Positions 9,117 to 21,217 are shown, counted from the first letter of the stretch. The stretch: DNA of 64,000 nucleotides from Candidatus Gottesmanbacteria bacterium (GCA_963714095.1 OY970230.1:70206-134205), one strand, 5' to 3'. Notes: generated by a model not told the origin, from the letters alone. Numbers and translations are program-made.

Positions 9117-10937
9117 TTATATTTGTCCAGTTAGATTATATTTTTTAGCCGTTGCCTTCAAAAAGTTGTCAACATCTTTCCCAAACCAACCAAAAAACGA
9201 GGCAAAATTGTAAGTCTTGCTCCTTTGCCTTTTTATATCTTCAATCGCCTCAAAGATGAACTTATCGAATTGTTCATAATTTAAAGAGTTGTGTTTATCT
9301 GTTACAAAATAATTTTCTAATTCTGAATAACCTTTTTGTTGATATAGAGTTATTAATCTTTCTAGGATTGGGGATACTTTATCAGAATTCAGGTTTAAGA
9401 AACTAGCAAAATATGCAAACGGCGACTGCCAATAATCATATTCACCGTATACATTGCTTCTTAGTTCATTAATTTTGTATTCCGCTGTCCCATCCGGTAG
9501 CTGTGCCTTCAATTGATTAAACTCAACCTCTTTTAGTTTTTGTTGGGCCACCCAATTATGAATTAGCACTTGCGAGTTAAGTTCCTTGATTAAATCAAAA
9601 GATGCTAACCAATTTTCTTCGTCATCGTCATCATCGAAAACATCAGGTATTAAATAATTTTCTTTACTGGAGTAGTTACTCTTTTCGACAAAGTAATTAA
9701 TTAAGTTTTTATACGACTTTCCATCCGAAGTTCTTAGCTCAGCTATTCCTGAGTACTCTTCCTTGCCACTTGCACTTAAAAACATCATTAATCTGCTTTC
9801 ATGTTCATCTTCCCATTTTGTTTTCAGGTTAATTAGTTTTGAAATATAACTTGAGTTACCTAATTTAGTTGCATAAGCTCCAAGTAGATTAAAAGCAGTC
9901 ATACTCTCTAAAGATGGCAGGCTGAAAGATAAATTTTCATCCAAATATTTATGATTTTGGACAAATTGAATACCATAATTGGGTTTATATCCGTAGGCAT
10001 AAAGCTCTGCTAAAATTTGTAGTAGGCGGTCGAATATTGACGGGTATGATCTTGTTTTGATTAACTGACTACCAAGCAGAACCAGTTTACGTACAGCTGG
10101 CTGTAGCTGACTGACTTTTGCATCATGAGTTAAATCAGTAAGTGTTTCTAGATCTTCAGGTTTAATTGTGTCGTGTTTGGTTTTCTTCCAAGAGCCTATT
10201 GTATTTTGACGTAAATTTTCAATTAGCTCCCGAAGATAGATCGACCGTTCGCCTAAAATTAACTGCTTTATGATATTAAGAAAAATTTCATCCTCCTTAT
10301 AAATTAAAGACAAATCGAAATTTTCCGGTGAAATGAGTTCGTGTGCAAGTGTAGATACCTGTTTTGTTTTCAATGCTTCGCTTACCCTTATTTGTGTTCT
10401 TTTTTCAGTTAATTGTTCCACATATAAATCAAACATTTCATATAAGTCGTTCCTTGTAGCTCGCCGTTTTGAAGATGATCCACTTTTTCCACCGCCCTTG
10501 ATCCAAATTTCACCTAGGTTTAGGTAAGCTTCTTTACCTTGCTCTTTCATCTCCTTCTTGATCAAATGCGGTGGGGTTAATTTATCTTTGGGAAACTCTA
10601 TAACAATGAAGTGTTTATTATCTTTAGTAACAAAAGCGTGACTTTTAAAAGTTATTTCTGGATCAAAATAGGCTGAAAATAAGGAAACTAATTTTCCATC
10701 ATCAAATTCCTGGTAATTAGATACGTCTTTAAAGGTTTTATTGTTTTTATTGTATCCAACAACCAAATACCTGATTGGCTCTGGGGAAAGGGAATTGCAC
10801 AGACTTTGTACATCCTTAATAAATTCAGCTTTATTTTCCAATGTATTCCAATTTATTTGCTCTTTTACCTCAAAATGGGAATACTCACCAAGCTCTTCCT
10901 TTAACAGGTTTAGAATTTTTTGTTCTAGTTCTTCCAT
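9117..10937 (-). CDS. Hypothetical 606-aa protein; N-terminus weakly AlbA_2/Schlafen-like
   Basis: Intact ORF immediately downstream of the degraded hsdR-ygjP genes on the same strand. The N-terminal HFEVKEQ...IRYLVVGYNKNNKTFKDV loosely resembles the ExxLEFK...GG.L.GV pattern. Confidence 0.45.
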   Translation of the reverse strand: MEELEQKILNLLKEELGEYSHFEVKEQINWNTLENKAEFIKDVQSLCNSLSPEPIRYLVVGYNKNNKTFKDVSNYQEFDDGKLVSLFSAYFDPEITFKSHAFVTKDNKHFIVIEFPKDKLTPPHLIKKEMKEQGKEAYLNLGEIWIKGGGKSGSSSKRRATRNDLYEMFDLYVEQLTEKRTQIRVSEALKTKQVSTLAHELISPENFDLSLIYKEDEIFLNIIKQLILGERSIYLRELIENLRQNTIGSWKKTKHDTIKPEDLETLTDLTHDAKVSQLQPAVRKLVLLGSQLIKTRSYPSIFDRLLQILAELYAYGYKPNYGIQFVQNHKYLDENLSFSLPSLESMTAFNLLGAYATKLGNSSYISKLINLKTKWEDEHESRLMMFLSASGKEEYSGIAELRTSDGKSYKNLINYFVEKSNYSSKENYLIPDVFDDDDDEENWLASFDLIKELNSQVLIHNWVAQQKLKEVEFNQLKAQLPDGTAEYKINELRSNVYGEYDYWQSPFAYFASFLNLNSDKVSPILERLITLYQQKGYSELENYFVTDKHNSLNYEQFDKFIFEAIEDIKRQRSKTYNFASFFGWFGKDVDNFLKATAKKYNLTGQI

Positions 10938-10953
10938 ATATATTCCGATTAGG

Positions 10954-11687
10954 TTAATAAATCCACTTTTCGTATGATAACGGCATTTTATTTAATTCAT
11001 CTTTGAACATTCTCCACTTCGGTATGTTTTTGTCCATCAATTTCAAAAAGGCGTCGTTGTGCTTTTTCTCTGTCAAATGACAGAATTCATGCACTAGTAC
11101 GTATTCGATGCAAGCCGAGGGCTTTTTAATTAATTCTAAATTAAGCCAGATTGATTTTTTTTGCTGATTACATGATCCCAACGGGTCTTCATGTGCCTTA
11201 TACCAACTTTATTTACTTTGACATTCATTTTCTTTTCCCATTTTATAATTAATTTATCGATAACTTGCTTTAGTTGAATCCGGTACCATTTTGAGAATTG
11301 ATATCCTCTATTATCAAGAGATGTACCCTTCAAGATCTCCAAAATAATTTGTGTTTTACCTTTAATAGATATGTTGGATTTATCGTTAGTTTCCACAACT
11401 TTAAGTCTGTATGGTTTTCCTAAAAAGTAGTGACTTTCACCACTGACGTATTCACGAATCGATTGTCTTTTTTGGTTTTGAAATTTTATTTGTTGTTTCT
11501 TAATCCAAGAGGATCGAGAGATAATTGCCATCCTGATGGCTTCATCCTTCATTTTCAAAGGTGAGGTGATTCTTACCCTGCCAGTCGGAGGCAATACCGA
11601 TACATGAAGATTCTTAATATTCTTTTTTATAACTTGAATCGGTATACCCCTAATTGAAATAGTCTGTTTATCATTATCGGTATTCAT
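10954..11687 (-). pseudogene. YgjP-like (DUF45/M48-type) zinc metallohydrolase, frameshifted
   Basis: The N-terminal piece ends ...GIRHMKTRWD. The C-terminal piece reads GSCNQQKKSIWLNLELIKKPSACIEYVLVHEFCHL (HExxH) in another frame. One base is missing in a G-run near 11178. Confidence 0.6.
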
Positions 11688-14600
11688 TTTGTTCTTTGAC
11701 TAATGCAAAGATCCGATCAAATTCCTCATCGGACACATCTGAAAGGATCTGTCGTAAGTTAATTTTCACCATTCTTTCTTTGATTTTGTTCCCAATCCAA
11801 TCATCTGGGCGGTTTCTCATACCGGTATCAACGTTTAAAGCTAATTCTTCGTCCTGATTCAAATTATCATATAAAGATTGTTTGGCACGTGTATTGACGC
11901 TAGCTGGATAGTGTCCATTTTTACTCGGATCGTTAACTTGTTTTGTTAAATCAGTAATTTGCCGTAAATACTCTTGATACTCCAACGCTTCCTGCCGTCT
12001 GTCCCTAACTAATTGATCAAGAATTTCCGACATTCTCTGGAAATATTTTGGGTTGGTCGGCATCTCATCAATAATTAATCGCCTGACATTATTTTCAATA
12101 GTTTCCGCCACCGCATCTTTATTTTTCTTCATCTCATCCGGTAGATTATCAACTGCCTCTGGGCCTTTGGAAGCTAACATATCAACTAGGGACAAATCAT
12201 CAAAGGCGGAAAATTCTCTGATTCACGAGCGGTTATGTATCGGTCAATCAACATTCGCATATCTGGCTCATATTTTTTGAGATCGATGTAATCGCCGCTG
12301 GCTAGTTTGATCTCGGTCTTTACCTGGCTATAATGTTCAATTTCAATCCTAATCGCGTTTGCTTTCGATTCATCAAATCCTGCCTCAGTTAATTCGTTGG
12401 CAATTTCAGCAAATACCCGAACCAAGTGGGCCGTCATTCGATATAATTTAACCCGTTTAAATTCGTTTTCTTTAAGCGAGTAGGGATTTTCAATATCTCC
12501 ACAGAAATATTTGATGTAATCAACACTTGTTTTAGGAGGGGCCACTGGTTCACAAAGCGCCCGAACCTGTTCAAGTGCTTCTTCCAAATCCTCCTTACCT
12601 TGTCCAAGACGATCCTTAAGAAGTCCCAAAACATCTTCCTTGTCATAGGCGGCAAAAGCTTCACTGGTATAGTCTGTAACAGCCTTTCCAGCTTCTTAAA
12701 AAGATCCCGATAGTCAATAATAAAACCATATTCTTTGTCTTCACCATGTAATCGATTAACTCGGCAAATAGCCTGGAATAACCCATGATCCTGCATGTTT
12801 TTATCAACATACAAATATGTTGCTGGTGGGGCATCAAATCCGGTCAGAAGTTTATCAACCACGATCAGAAGCTGCATCTTGGCGGGTTGCTTAATAAATA
12901 GCTCTTTAACTTGTCTTTCAAAAGCTTCGATTTCTGTTTCATTGGGCTTTTTGGTAATTCCCCCAAAGTTGTTCTTAAAGTTATCAAGCATCTTTTGGTA
13001 AATAGCATATTCGCGATCTTAGGTATTAAGAGCCCCAGCTTCATAAGAGGTCACAATCGCACAATTTTTAAATCCTTTGTTTTGGAAAATTTCATAATAC
13101 TGGCAGGCTTCATAAATTGAACTGGCTACGAGCATGGCATTACCTCGACCGCTGGCAAGTCTTGGTTTCATGAAGTCATCATCCAAAATATCAAACACAA
13201 CTCTTTCTAGCCTAATCCCGGAACTGAGTAATGTTTGCATCGTACCCCAGCGTTTTTTTAACTCTGCTTTGGCAACATCGGTGAGCCCTTGGGTTCGGTC
13301 TTCAAACCAGGCGTCAATCTTGCTCTGGGAAGTAATATCCTGATCCACTCTTCGTGCTTCATACCGTAAATCCAAAACAACCTTATCTTTGACTGCTTCG
13401 TCATACTTATAGGTGTGAATAAAATTCCCAAATGTGGCAATACTATTATGTTTATCGACAGACAAAAGTGGTGTACCAGTAAACCCGATAAAAGTGGCTT
13501 TGGGAAGTAATTCCAGCATGGCTTCATGCAACTTGCCGCCATGGGTACGATGACACTCATCAACAAAGACAAAAATATCCCCTTTGGCTTTGAAGTCACT
13601 TGGAAGATTCTTCTTTATTTCGTTGATAAACTGATCAACATCCTGATCGTTTGCCCCTTCTCTTGATCCGAATTTATGAATTAGAGAACAGATTAGCCAT
13701 TTTTCTTCCTGATTGAGTTTGGTGATTAAGTCTTTAGAATTTTTAGTTCTGTAGATATTTTCTCCAACCCCCCTAAATACCCCCTCAATTTGTTCATCCA
13801 ATTCCGTCCGGTCTGTAAGTATCAATACACGTGACGAAGTTATACTTTCCCTGATCCATTTTGCTAACCAAACCATGGTTAAACTCTTACCGCTGCCTTG
13901 GGTGTGCCAGATAATTCCACCTTCATGCCGTTTGACATATTCCTGAGCTGCTTTTACCCCAAAAAATTGGTTATGTCTGGCTAGTTTTTTACTGCCACTA
14001 TCAAAGACTTCAAAGTCATGGATTATTTCCAGAAACCTTTCCTTTTCACAAAATTGGAGAATATGTTTATCCAGACGAATCTCGTCATCGAGTCCTTTCT
14101 CTTTCCAGGATAGGTAATATTCTTAGCTGTCTCAATCGTGCCGTAGCGCATACCCTCGGTATCATTACCAGCCATGAGTATTTGTATAGTGGTAAAGAAG
14201 TTTTTTATATATTCATTCTTCTGGTTGCCGATATTTGCCGGAGAGCTTCTGAAACCGAGACAATACTTCTTTTTAGTTCAATAACGCCTAAAGCAATACC
14301 ATTCACATAAATCACAATATCGGGTCGCTTCGTCTTTTGTCCCTTTATAGTAACTTCTCGGCAATCGCAAAATCATTTGCTTGAGGATTCGCCCAATCAA
14401 TAAGCCAAACTGTTTCTGTTTGTTCACCAACACCGGCTTTTACCTTAACTCCATAGCGAAGCATACTGTAGATGCTTTGATTAAGATCGTACAAGCTTTG
14501 GATTTGATTTGTCGCAACTCTGGTGAGCTCAAAAATAGCTTTGTCGATCAAATTATCGCTATAGCCCCGAGCCTTGAGGTTATTTCTAAGGAATTCTTCT

Positions 14601-14734
14601 TCGATATTACTGTTGCCTTCACGATCTTCCCAGTTACCGAGATAGTCATAGTGAAGTCGATCACGAAAAAGGGCGACTATCCTATTTTGCGTTTTACGTT
14701 CTATTTGACCAACTTTAGGTGATTGTGTTTCCAT
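11674..14734 (-). pseudogene. hsdR: Type I restriction enzyme R subunit (hsdR), broken into at least 5 reading-frame segments
   Basis: N-terminal piece (14345–14734); gap with no ORF of 60 aa or more; helicase pieces with LILTDRTELDEQ, VFVDECHRTHGG (DEAD/DECH box) and FIGFTGTPL; then three more C-terminal pieces. Confidence 0.75.
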
Positions 14735-14735
14735 A

Positions 14736-15996
14736 TTAATTTTTAATCAATCTAATTTTTCCGGTTAATAATACTTGCATTGCACCTTGCTTAATTTGAT
14801 TATACTTATCAAGTTTCTGTTCTAGTTTTTCAATTTCTGAGTCCATGTTTATGAGATTTGCTATAGCAGCCTGTTCGGTCTTCTTGGGGGGCAATTTAAC
14901 AAAGATTTCTCTAATTATCGAAAGATTCAATCCGCCACGACCCTCTCCACCAGTTGATAAACTTCAATTTCGTCGTAACGATTATCAAAATTGTAATAAA
15001 GAAAATCTGAATCATGGACATCTGACGGTAAAATTGCAGCAATTGATTGGTTAATACACAGATCGACTTTATTAATTGCAGCCGTGCCACGTGTTTTACC
15101 TTGACCAGCCAAGCCAATCAAGACACATCCGGCTGGAACGACTTGCATACTGGATTCTTGAACCCTTTTTCGGTTATTCGCCCTTCCACATTAAATATTT
15201 TTTTGTTGTTAAGCTCCCCTGAGCTCATCCATTTAATATCCCCACCCCAATAACTTTGAATTAAAATATTGGGAGTTCCTCCGGAAGTACAATCAGTAAA
15301 TTCAATAATCTTTCTCACTTCCCATTTTCCACTAAACCCTGGAAGGCGTCGTTTGCCGGTCAGAAGTTCCTGCATCGCTCCTTGTTTTATCTCCTTCTTC
15401 TTGGCAATTATTTTTTCTAGATTTTCAATTAATATGTCAGTTTCTGAAAGAACAGAAGTAATTGCAGATTGTTCTGTTTTAGTACCTGGTACTGATAGTA
15501 ATAATTTTTCCAAATCGCCAGCATATATATGGAAAACTGTTGATCCTTTTACAAGCCTTAAGACAGAATTTTTGTTTTGAGCTATATAGTAGCTAAGAAA
15601 TAACCCATCGTATTCGGGTTGCAGCCTAACTACCAAAATTCCACCCCCAAGTATTATTCCTGATTCTTCTATACAGCTTGCAGTTGCCAAGCCTTTTGGT
15701 GTTACATCTGATGTGGGAACCAATACATCGTTCTTAACCGATAAAACATATCCTGTTCGTTTATATGTTCTACTTTTTACTTCTTTAATTAATTCTTTAT
15801 ACTTTGTGAATAACTCTCCATAATGAATGCATTTATAAGGGCCATAGTCACTTAGGTCTGATTTTGACAACCCTCTACCATGTTGAAATGTTAACACGAT
15901 TTCACTTAACTGTTTTACATTCCAATCTCCAGGAATTACTCCGACCTCGGTCTGTTTATATCCCGATGGTATACTTTGTGTTCCTATGCCATTCAT
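14736..15996 (-). pseudogene. hsdS: Type I R-M specificity subunit (hsdS), frameshifted into three pieces
   Basis: TRD1 plus the conserved central LEKIIAKKKEIKQGAMQELLTGKRRL. The TRD2 piece has AGQGKTRGTAAINKVDLCINQSIAAI. The C-terminal conserved EKLEQKLDKYNQIKQGAMQVLLTGKIRL sits in a third frame. Confidence 0.7.
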
Positions 15997-18433
15997 ATTT
16001 AAATCTAAAACCCATTTTTTTTAAATGCTCATTAACTTTTTGCTCAAGAGTTTTAACTTCGGAGGCGATTTGTGGGAGTGTTTCATCGTAACGTTCAGCC
16101 AATTCTTTTACCCTTTCGGTTAGTTTCTTTGCAACTTTTTCTATTTCTCCAGTGATTGCTTCTTCTAACGCTCGCAACCATTTTTTACCAATAACCAATG
16201 TCTTTACCTCGTCAATTGAAAGTTTTGGATACTTCTCGATAACTTTCCTTTCAAGTAGGAAATATTTAGTTTTAATTTCTCTTTTTAGATCCGCTTCCTT
16301 ATCCGATAAATTCTGGTATTTTTCCAATATCTCCAATTCATCGGCTGAATCTGGGTCGTGTTTAATTTCTTTTATCCGTTTAGTTAGAAGCCCTTTATTT
16401 ACTTTTTCATTTTCAATTACATCGGCAAGCAATCCATCTTCACCACCGTGTTCTTCCTTTATTTCTTCCATTGAAGCGGTTGCTGTTTCCAAATCCGATT
16501 CCAACTTTTCAATTTCTGTCTTTTCAATTTGGAAGTATTCACTGATAAGGAGAGATGGAGGAATTAATCGACCCTCCAACCCTTCCAAGCCTTCAATGTC
16601 TTTCTTTTTCTTATCCTTATTTTCTTTTTGGAGTCGAATAACTTGATTTCCTGCCTCCCAACCATCTGCGACGAGTGTGTACAGGTCGTCCTGCATGGTT
16701 GACCCCCAGAAGTTCATCAAATGTTGATAGATGTCATAAGTGTCAATTAGTGGGGCAACTCTAAAAGCGGTAAGAATACTATCGCCAAGTTCACTGATAA
16801 ATACTTTTGGATGATCTGCTATTTTAATGGAGAGCATTTTGGGTTTATTACTTTCCACCCATTTTTTGAATAAACCCATAATCGCAACTTGATATTTGCC
16901 GAATTCCTGATGGTTATAGATGGTATTGCGGATTTCATCTTTTTCGATATTGATCTTAAATGTTTTGGGCCTATCGCCTTTAACAAAAAGGGTATTTTCT
17001 AATGAGGGGAAACTATTCCAATAGGCCTGCAACGCCTTAACATCATGCTCCGGAATTCCACCTTTTAAATGTGATTCGATATCTTGGATGTCCTCTTCTT
17101 CCTGGGTATCAATATATCTGGGGATATTGAGGTTGTATTCATTTTTCTCTATTTCTTCATTGGTGACAAAACGAGAGAATTTTGGCACCTCTGATTGGCT
17201 ATTGAAAACATCAATGATTTTTCGCATATCCTGTTCACGCAGCCGATTCTTATTACCTTCTTTGATAAATCCCTTAGAAGCATCAATCATAAAGAGACCT
17301 TTACGACTAGCAGCTCCTTCTTTATCCAAAACGATAATACAGGCTGGGATACCGGTCCCATAAAATAGATTTGCCGGAAGCCCGATAATTCCTTTGATAT
17401 ATCCACGCTTAATAATGTTTTGTCTGATTCCGGCTTCTGCATTTCCTCGGAATAAAACACCATGAGGCAAAATAACTGCGCCTTTGCCGGTACTTTTCAT
17501 CGACTTAAGGATGTGAAGAAGAAAGGCATAGTCGCCATTTTTTACCGGAGGAATGCCGAAGCCGTCAAAGCGGCCAAATGCGTCATTGGATGGATCAAAA
17601 CCAGTTGTCCAGGCTTTGTAGGAAAAAGGCGGATTGGCAACGACGTAGTCGAATGTTTTAAGTGAACCGTCAGGTGATAAATGAAGAGGACTTGATAGCG
17701 TGCTCTGACCCTTTTTGATTTCTGCCAGGGGGTTATTGTGTAACCACATGTTCATAATGGCAAGTGCCGCGGTGGAGTTATCCATTTCCTGACCATAAAT
17801 GCTAATTCCTTTGGGAGTTTCATCGGCTACCTTGAGAAGTAATGAGCCACTTCCGCAAGTCGGATCGTAAACAGTATTATTTAATCCTTCAGCCTCTTCA
17901 GCTTTAATAATCCTCGCCATGATTAGGGATGCCTTTGCTCGGGGTATAAAACTGACCCTTACTTTTTCCGGATTCAGTTGCGAAGTGTTTCATGAGGTAT
18001 TCATAGGCATCACCCAAAATGTCATCTCCATCGGCCCTATTTTTTGAAAAGTTTAAATCGGGATTTTGAAAAATTCCCACCAAGTTAGATAGACGATCGA
18101 CCATATCTTTGCCGTGACCTCGTTTGTCCTCATCATTGAAATCTACCTGATCAATAACGCCTTTGAGTTCGTTTGCTTCAGCAAGTTTGGCAACTACTTT
18201 GTAATGCCTTCACCAATATCAGATTTACCTTTGAGATCGATCATGTCAGAAAAACTTCCGCCCTCGGGTATTTCGACGAGTGCGTGAGATTTTCCGGCAT
18301 ATTTATCCGAAACATATTTGACGAAAAGGAGAACTAAAACGTAATCTTTATACTGTGAAGCGTCCATTCCACCCCGAAGTTCATCACGACTCACCCATGG
18401 GGAACTGTAAAGTTGTGATTTTCTTAATGCCAT
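15956..18433 (-). pseudogene. hsdM: Type I R-M N6-adenine DNA methyltransferase (hsdM), frameshifted, with an unusual ~250-aa coiled-coil C-terminal extension
   Basis: Three frames: N-terminal domain (LRGGMDASQYKDYVLVLLFVKYVSDKY), then GDAYEYLMKHFATESGKSKGQFYTP, then DPTCGSGSLL and VVANPPFS in the 654-aa piece. Confidence 0.75.
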
Positions 18434-18568
18434 AATTATTTCGATACAACTGAAATTATTTTGGTTCTGAATCACTGTTAACTATTATAGTACGTTATGG
18501 CTAAAACTGCTTCAGTCTAATGAATCGAGGGTCTTGCCCTATATTTTGTAACAGATAAAATTATCAAT

Positions 18569-19347
18569 ATGTTTCAGTATCTTCACAATAAAAGTTATTA
18601 CGAGGATTTATACGACCTCCGCACCATTGAGGAATGCTTAAAGTGGTATTGGGATTTACATGACGAAATGGAACAACACCGGACAGAGATAAAAGGAAAA
18701 GAAGCTGAAATTGATTTTGAAAAAGCGTTCAATATCTGTAGCTTCACCGCAAATACCATAGCAATTGAACGATATCGCCATAAAAGAGCGACACTAGATG
18801 AATGGATGAGTAAGGACAGACGAATCCAGGAAATATTTGATAGCGCAACAGCACCTCATACAGATTGTGACAAATGTAATTCACCCATGAAAGTGATTGA
18901 TAAGACCCTCCACGATGCTGATGACAATAATCCTAAAGTAACTTTTATGTATGAATGCGAAGCCTGCAAATTTCGAAAGATTCTATACTCAGACGGGTCA
19001 GCCTGGGATTACATCGCACCAAGATGCCCGAAATGTAGCTCAAAACTTAAGAATAAATATTCTAAAAAGGTAAAATCCTAACTGAAACAATTTCCTGCAC
19101 TAAATGTGATTATAAAAATGTTGAAATAACTGATTTAAAGAAAAATCGACTAATTCAAGAAAAAGAAAGTGAACAGCGTGACCAGTTACTTAAAAAGTAT
19201 CGTGTCCGATTTTGTCTTGATGATATCGAAGGACCTCAAGAAGTACTTAATTTGGATAATATCCGCAGATTTAATAATGAACAAAAAGAAAAAGATAAGA
19301 AGAAAAAGATTCAATCTTTCAAAAAGCTAAAAAACTTAATACTTTAA
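18569..19347 (+). CDS. Cys-rich zinc-ribbon protein, apparently frameshifted (18569–19081, then 19084–19347 in the -1 frame)
   Basis: Four CxxC pairs: CDKC, CEAC, CPKC and, after the frameshift, CTKC. The second frame is open from 19066 with no start codon. Confidence 0.35.
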
Positions 19348-19349
19348 AA

Positions 19350-19655
19350 TTGAATCAGCTAAAAGAACTTATTTCTAAGGCAATCATAGATAAAGGTTAT
19401 GCTGATTTACAGTTTTCTCAACCTGAAATGGGTAAATTCGTCATAGTCGAATTTACCGCAACAGATAGTAAAGATGATCGGGTTGAATTTGATAGCACAA
19501 ATACTATAAGGAAAACAATAATAAGTACGCTTGAGACGACTAATTGGCGACTAATGAGTGATGGAATACAGTACAGGTTAGGAATTGTGACCGGCAGACT
19601 CAAAGCTTACGAGCAGGAAATTGATCTCGTGCAATTAGTTCGAAACAAGGAATAA
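19350..19655 (+). CDS. Hypothetical protein (TTG start), possibly a third frame-shifted segment of the upstream gene
   Basis: ORF only. Confidence 0.25.
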   Translation: MNQLKELISKAIIDKGYADLQFSQPEMGKFVIVEFTATDSKDDRVEFDSTNTIRKTIISTLETTNWRLMSDGIQYRLGIVTGRLKAYEQEIDLVQLVRNKE

Positions 19656-19666
19656 GAATACTGATC

Positions 19667-20689
19667 CTAGCCGACTATAGCCTTATATGTATCCGGCTTT
19701 GATAACTCTGTTACCAAAAAATCAATCCAGTTTTGATTATAAAGAAAATATTTGATCGCTTCCTTATAATCACAATATATTGAATCGTACTTCCAGGAGC
19801 CGTCTTTTTGTTTAGTTCGAATTTTGAAATACTTCCATGCTCTGGCATGGTGAGGATTTGCTTTAAACGGTTTTTTTAATCGATTTTGAACCTCACTAGC
19901 CACATCTGAAGCTCTATATTTATATGGATCATCATGTACGATTTTTTGTATAACTGATGCAGGTTTCAATTCACCGACCAACTTTAATGTAGGTTTACCA
20001 TTTTTTTCAACAAATTGACCTTCTCTAATAAATTTCAGTTTGGGAATTAGTTCATCATCTATTAGCACTATTCCAGATGTGCCTTCGATTTTACCTCTTA
20101 CTGTATCGAGAATGGCCGCATTGCTTGGACCAATTTTTACCATTCGTTCCAGATGCTCTTGCCATGCCCGTCGCTCTTTTGTTAATTTAGAATCTAAAAT
20201 TTGTCTCAACTCAGAATACCTAATCTTTTGTGATCTGCCAGTATAACGATAGTATATCTCGCCATTTTTTATTTCCTGTCCACGTCCACCATCCTTGAGT
20301 GCAATTACAGGTTTATCAATAGATTCCGAGATGTAAATTATTCCGAATTGTTTCCCTGCAATATCAATAACTGATTTTTGCCAATCTATTGATGGAGCAA
20401 AATATTCGTTAACAAATCCCGTAATTTTTTGTTCATCTATTTTATCGAATGTTGAACCATCAATACCAGTCAGGGTGTGGGGTGAATCTTCTACACCAAA
20501 TACCAGATACCCACCTGTATTATTTGAAAAAGCAGCGAAATCCTTCAAATAGTCAGCTATTTCTGCAAAATTAAAGTTTTCTTTGAATTCAAGTTTAGTT
20601 GATTCTCTAGTAAGCAAATAATTCCCAGATTTATGAATGCGAAATATTTGAGATTCAAGAATATTTTTATCGAACACATCATGATCCAT
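19667..20689 (-). CDS. AlbA_2 / Schlafen-like (divergent AAA, putative DNA-binding) domain protein
   Basis: ESTKLEFKENF...DFAAFSNNTGGYLVFGVED matches the AlbA_2 core signature. Confidence 0.55.
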   Translation of the reverse strand: MDHDVFDKNILESQIFRIHKSGNYLLTRESTKLEFKENFNFAEIADYLKDFAAFSNNTGGYLVFGVEDSPHTLTGIDGSTFDKIDEQKITGFVNEYFAPSIDWQKSVIDIAGKQFGIIYISESIDKPVIALKDGGRGQEIKNGEIYYRYTGRSQKIRYSELRQILDSKLTKERRAWQEHLERMVKIGPSNAAILDTVRGKIEGTSGIVLIDDELIPKLKFIREGQFVEKNGKPTLKLVGELKPASVIQKIVHDDPYKYRASDVASEVQNRLKKPFKANPHHARAWKYFKIRTKQKDGSWKYDSIYCDYKEAIKYFLYNQNWIDFLVTELSKPDTYKAIVG

Positions 20690-20837
20690 AGGCCCTCATA
20701 AAATTCTACCGGTAATTATACGCCATATGTGGGGTAAGGGGTCTTGCCCCTCATTTTGCAAGGGTTTCCGTTTCACTCCAATAAACTGCGCTTCGCTTGC
20801 CCTTGCCCAACTCACCCCGCTTTAAGAATTCCAAGTA

Positions 20838-20861
20838 TTGGAAGCATGGGCATGCTTCCAA
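20838..20861. promoter_or_regulatory. Perfect palindrome TTGGAAGCATG-GG-CATGCTTCCAA (11-bp arms)
   Basis: Read directly. Lies about 45 bp upstream of the DUF2958 gene RBS. Confidence 0.5.
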
Positions 20862-20906
20862 ATACATTAATTTTCCGGAAGCAGCAAAAAAAGGAGGTGA
20901 ATAATA

Positions 20907-21217
20907 ATGCAACTATTAACTAAAGAACTATTAAACAGATTCGAGAAAGTTGGCAGACAAGAAGAAGTCAGCGATCCGATTGTCATCGCTAAGTTTTTCA
21001 ATCCTGCCGGAGCCGGTACCTGGTATGCGACGGAATACGATCCGAATCAAAAGAATTTTTCGGATACGTTTCCATCTTTGGCGACTGGAACGATGAATGG
21101 GGATCGTTTGCTCTTTCAGAGCTCGAAAACTACCGAGGAAAGTTCGGCTTAGGCATTGAGCGCGATAGATATTTTGGTGAGAAACCGATCAGTGAGGTAG
21201 TACCAAAAGCCAAATTG
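20907..21217 (+). pseudogene. DUF2958-family protein with a 1-nt frameshift
   Basis: LLTKELLNRFEKVGRQEEVSDPIVIAKFFNPAGAGTWYATEYDP then shifts frame at a T5 run (21053–21057). The +2 frame continues FGYVSIFGDWNDEWGSFALSELENYRGKFGLGIERDRYFGEKPISEV, which is the conserved DUF2958 C-terminus. Confidence 0.55.

Noticed and set aside
11155-11162. T8 homopolymer as the site of the ygjP frameshift
   Set aside because: Retranslation places the frame switch at the G-run near 11176–11181 (KTRW|GSCN), not at the homopolymer.
20907-21152. DUF2958 ORF taken at face value as an 81-aa protein
   Set aside because: The conserved C-terminal half continues in the +2 frame to 21217, so the gene is frameshifted rather than short.
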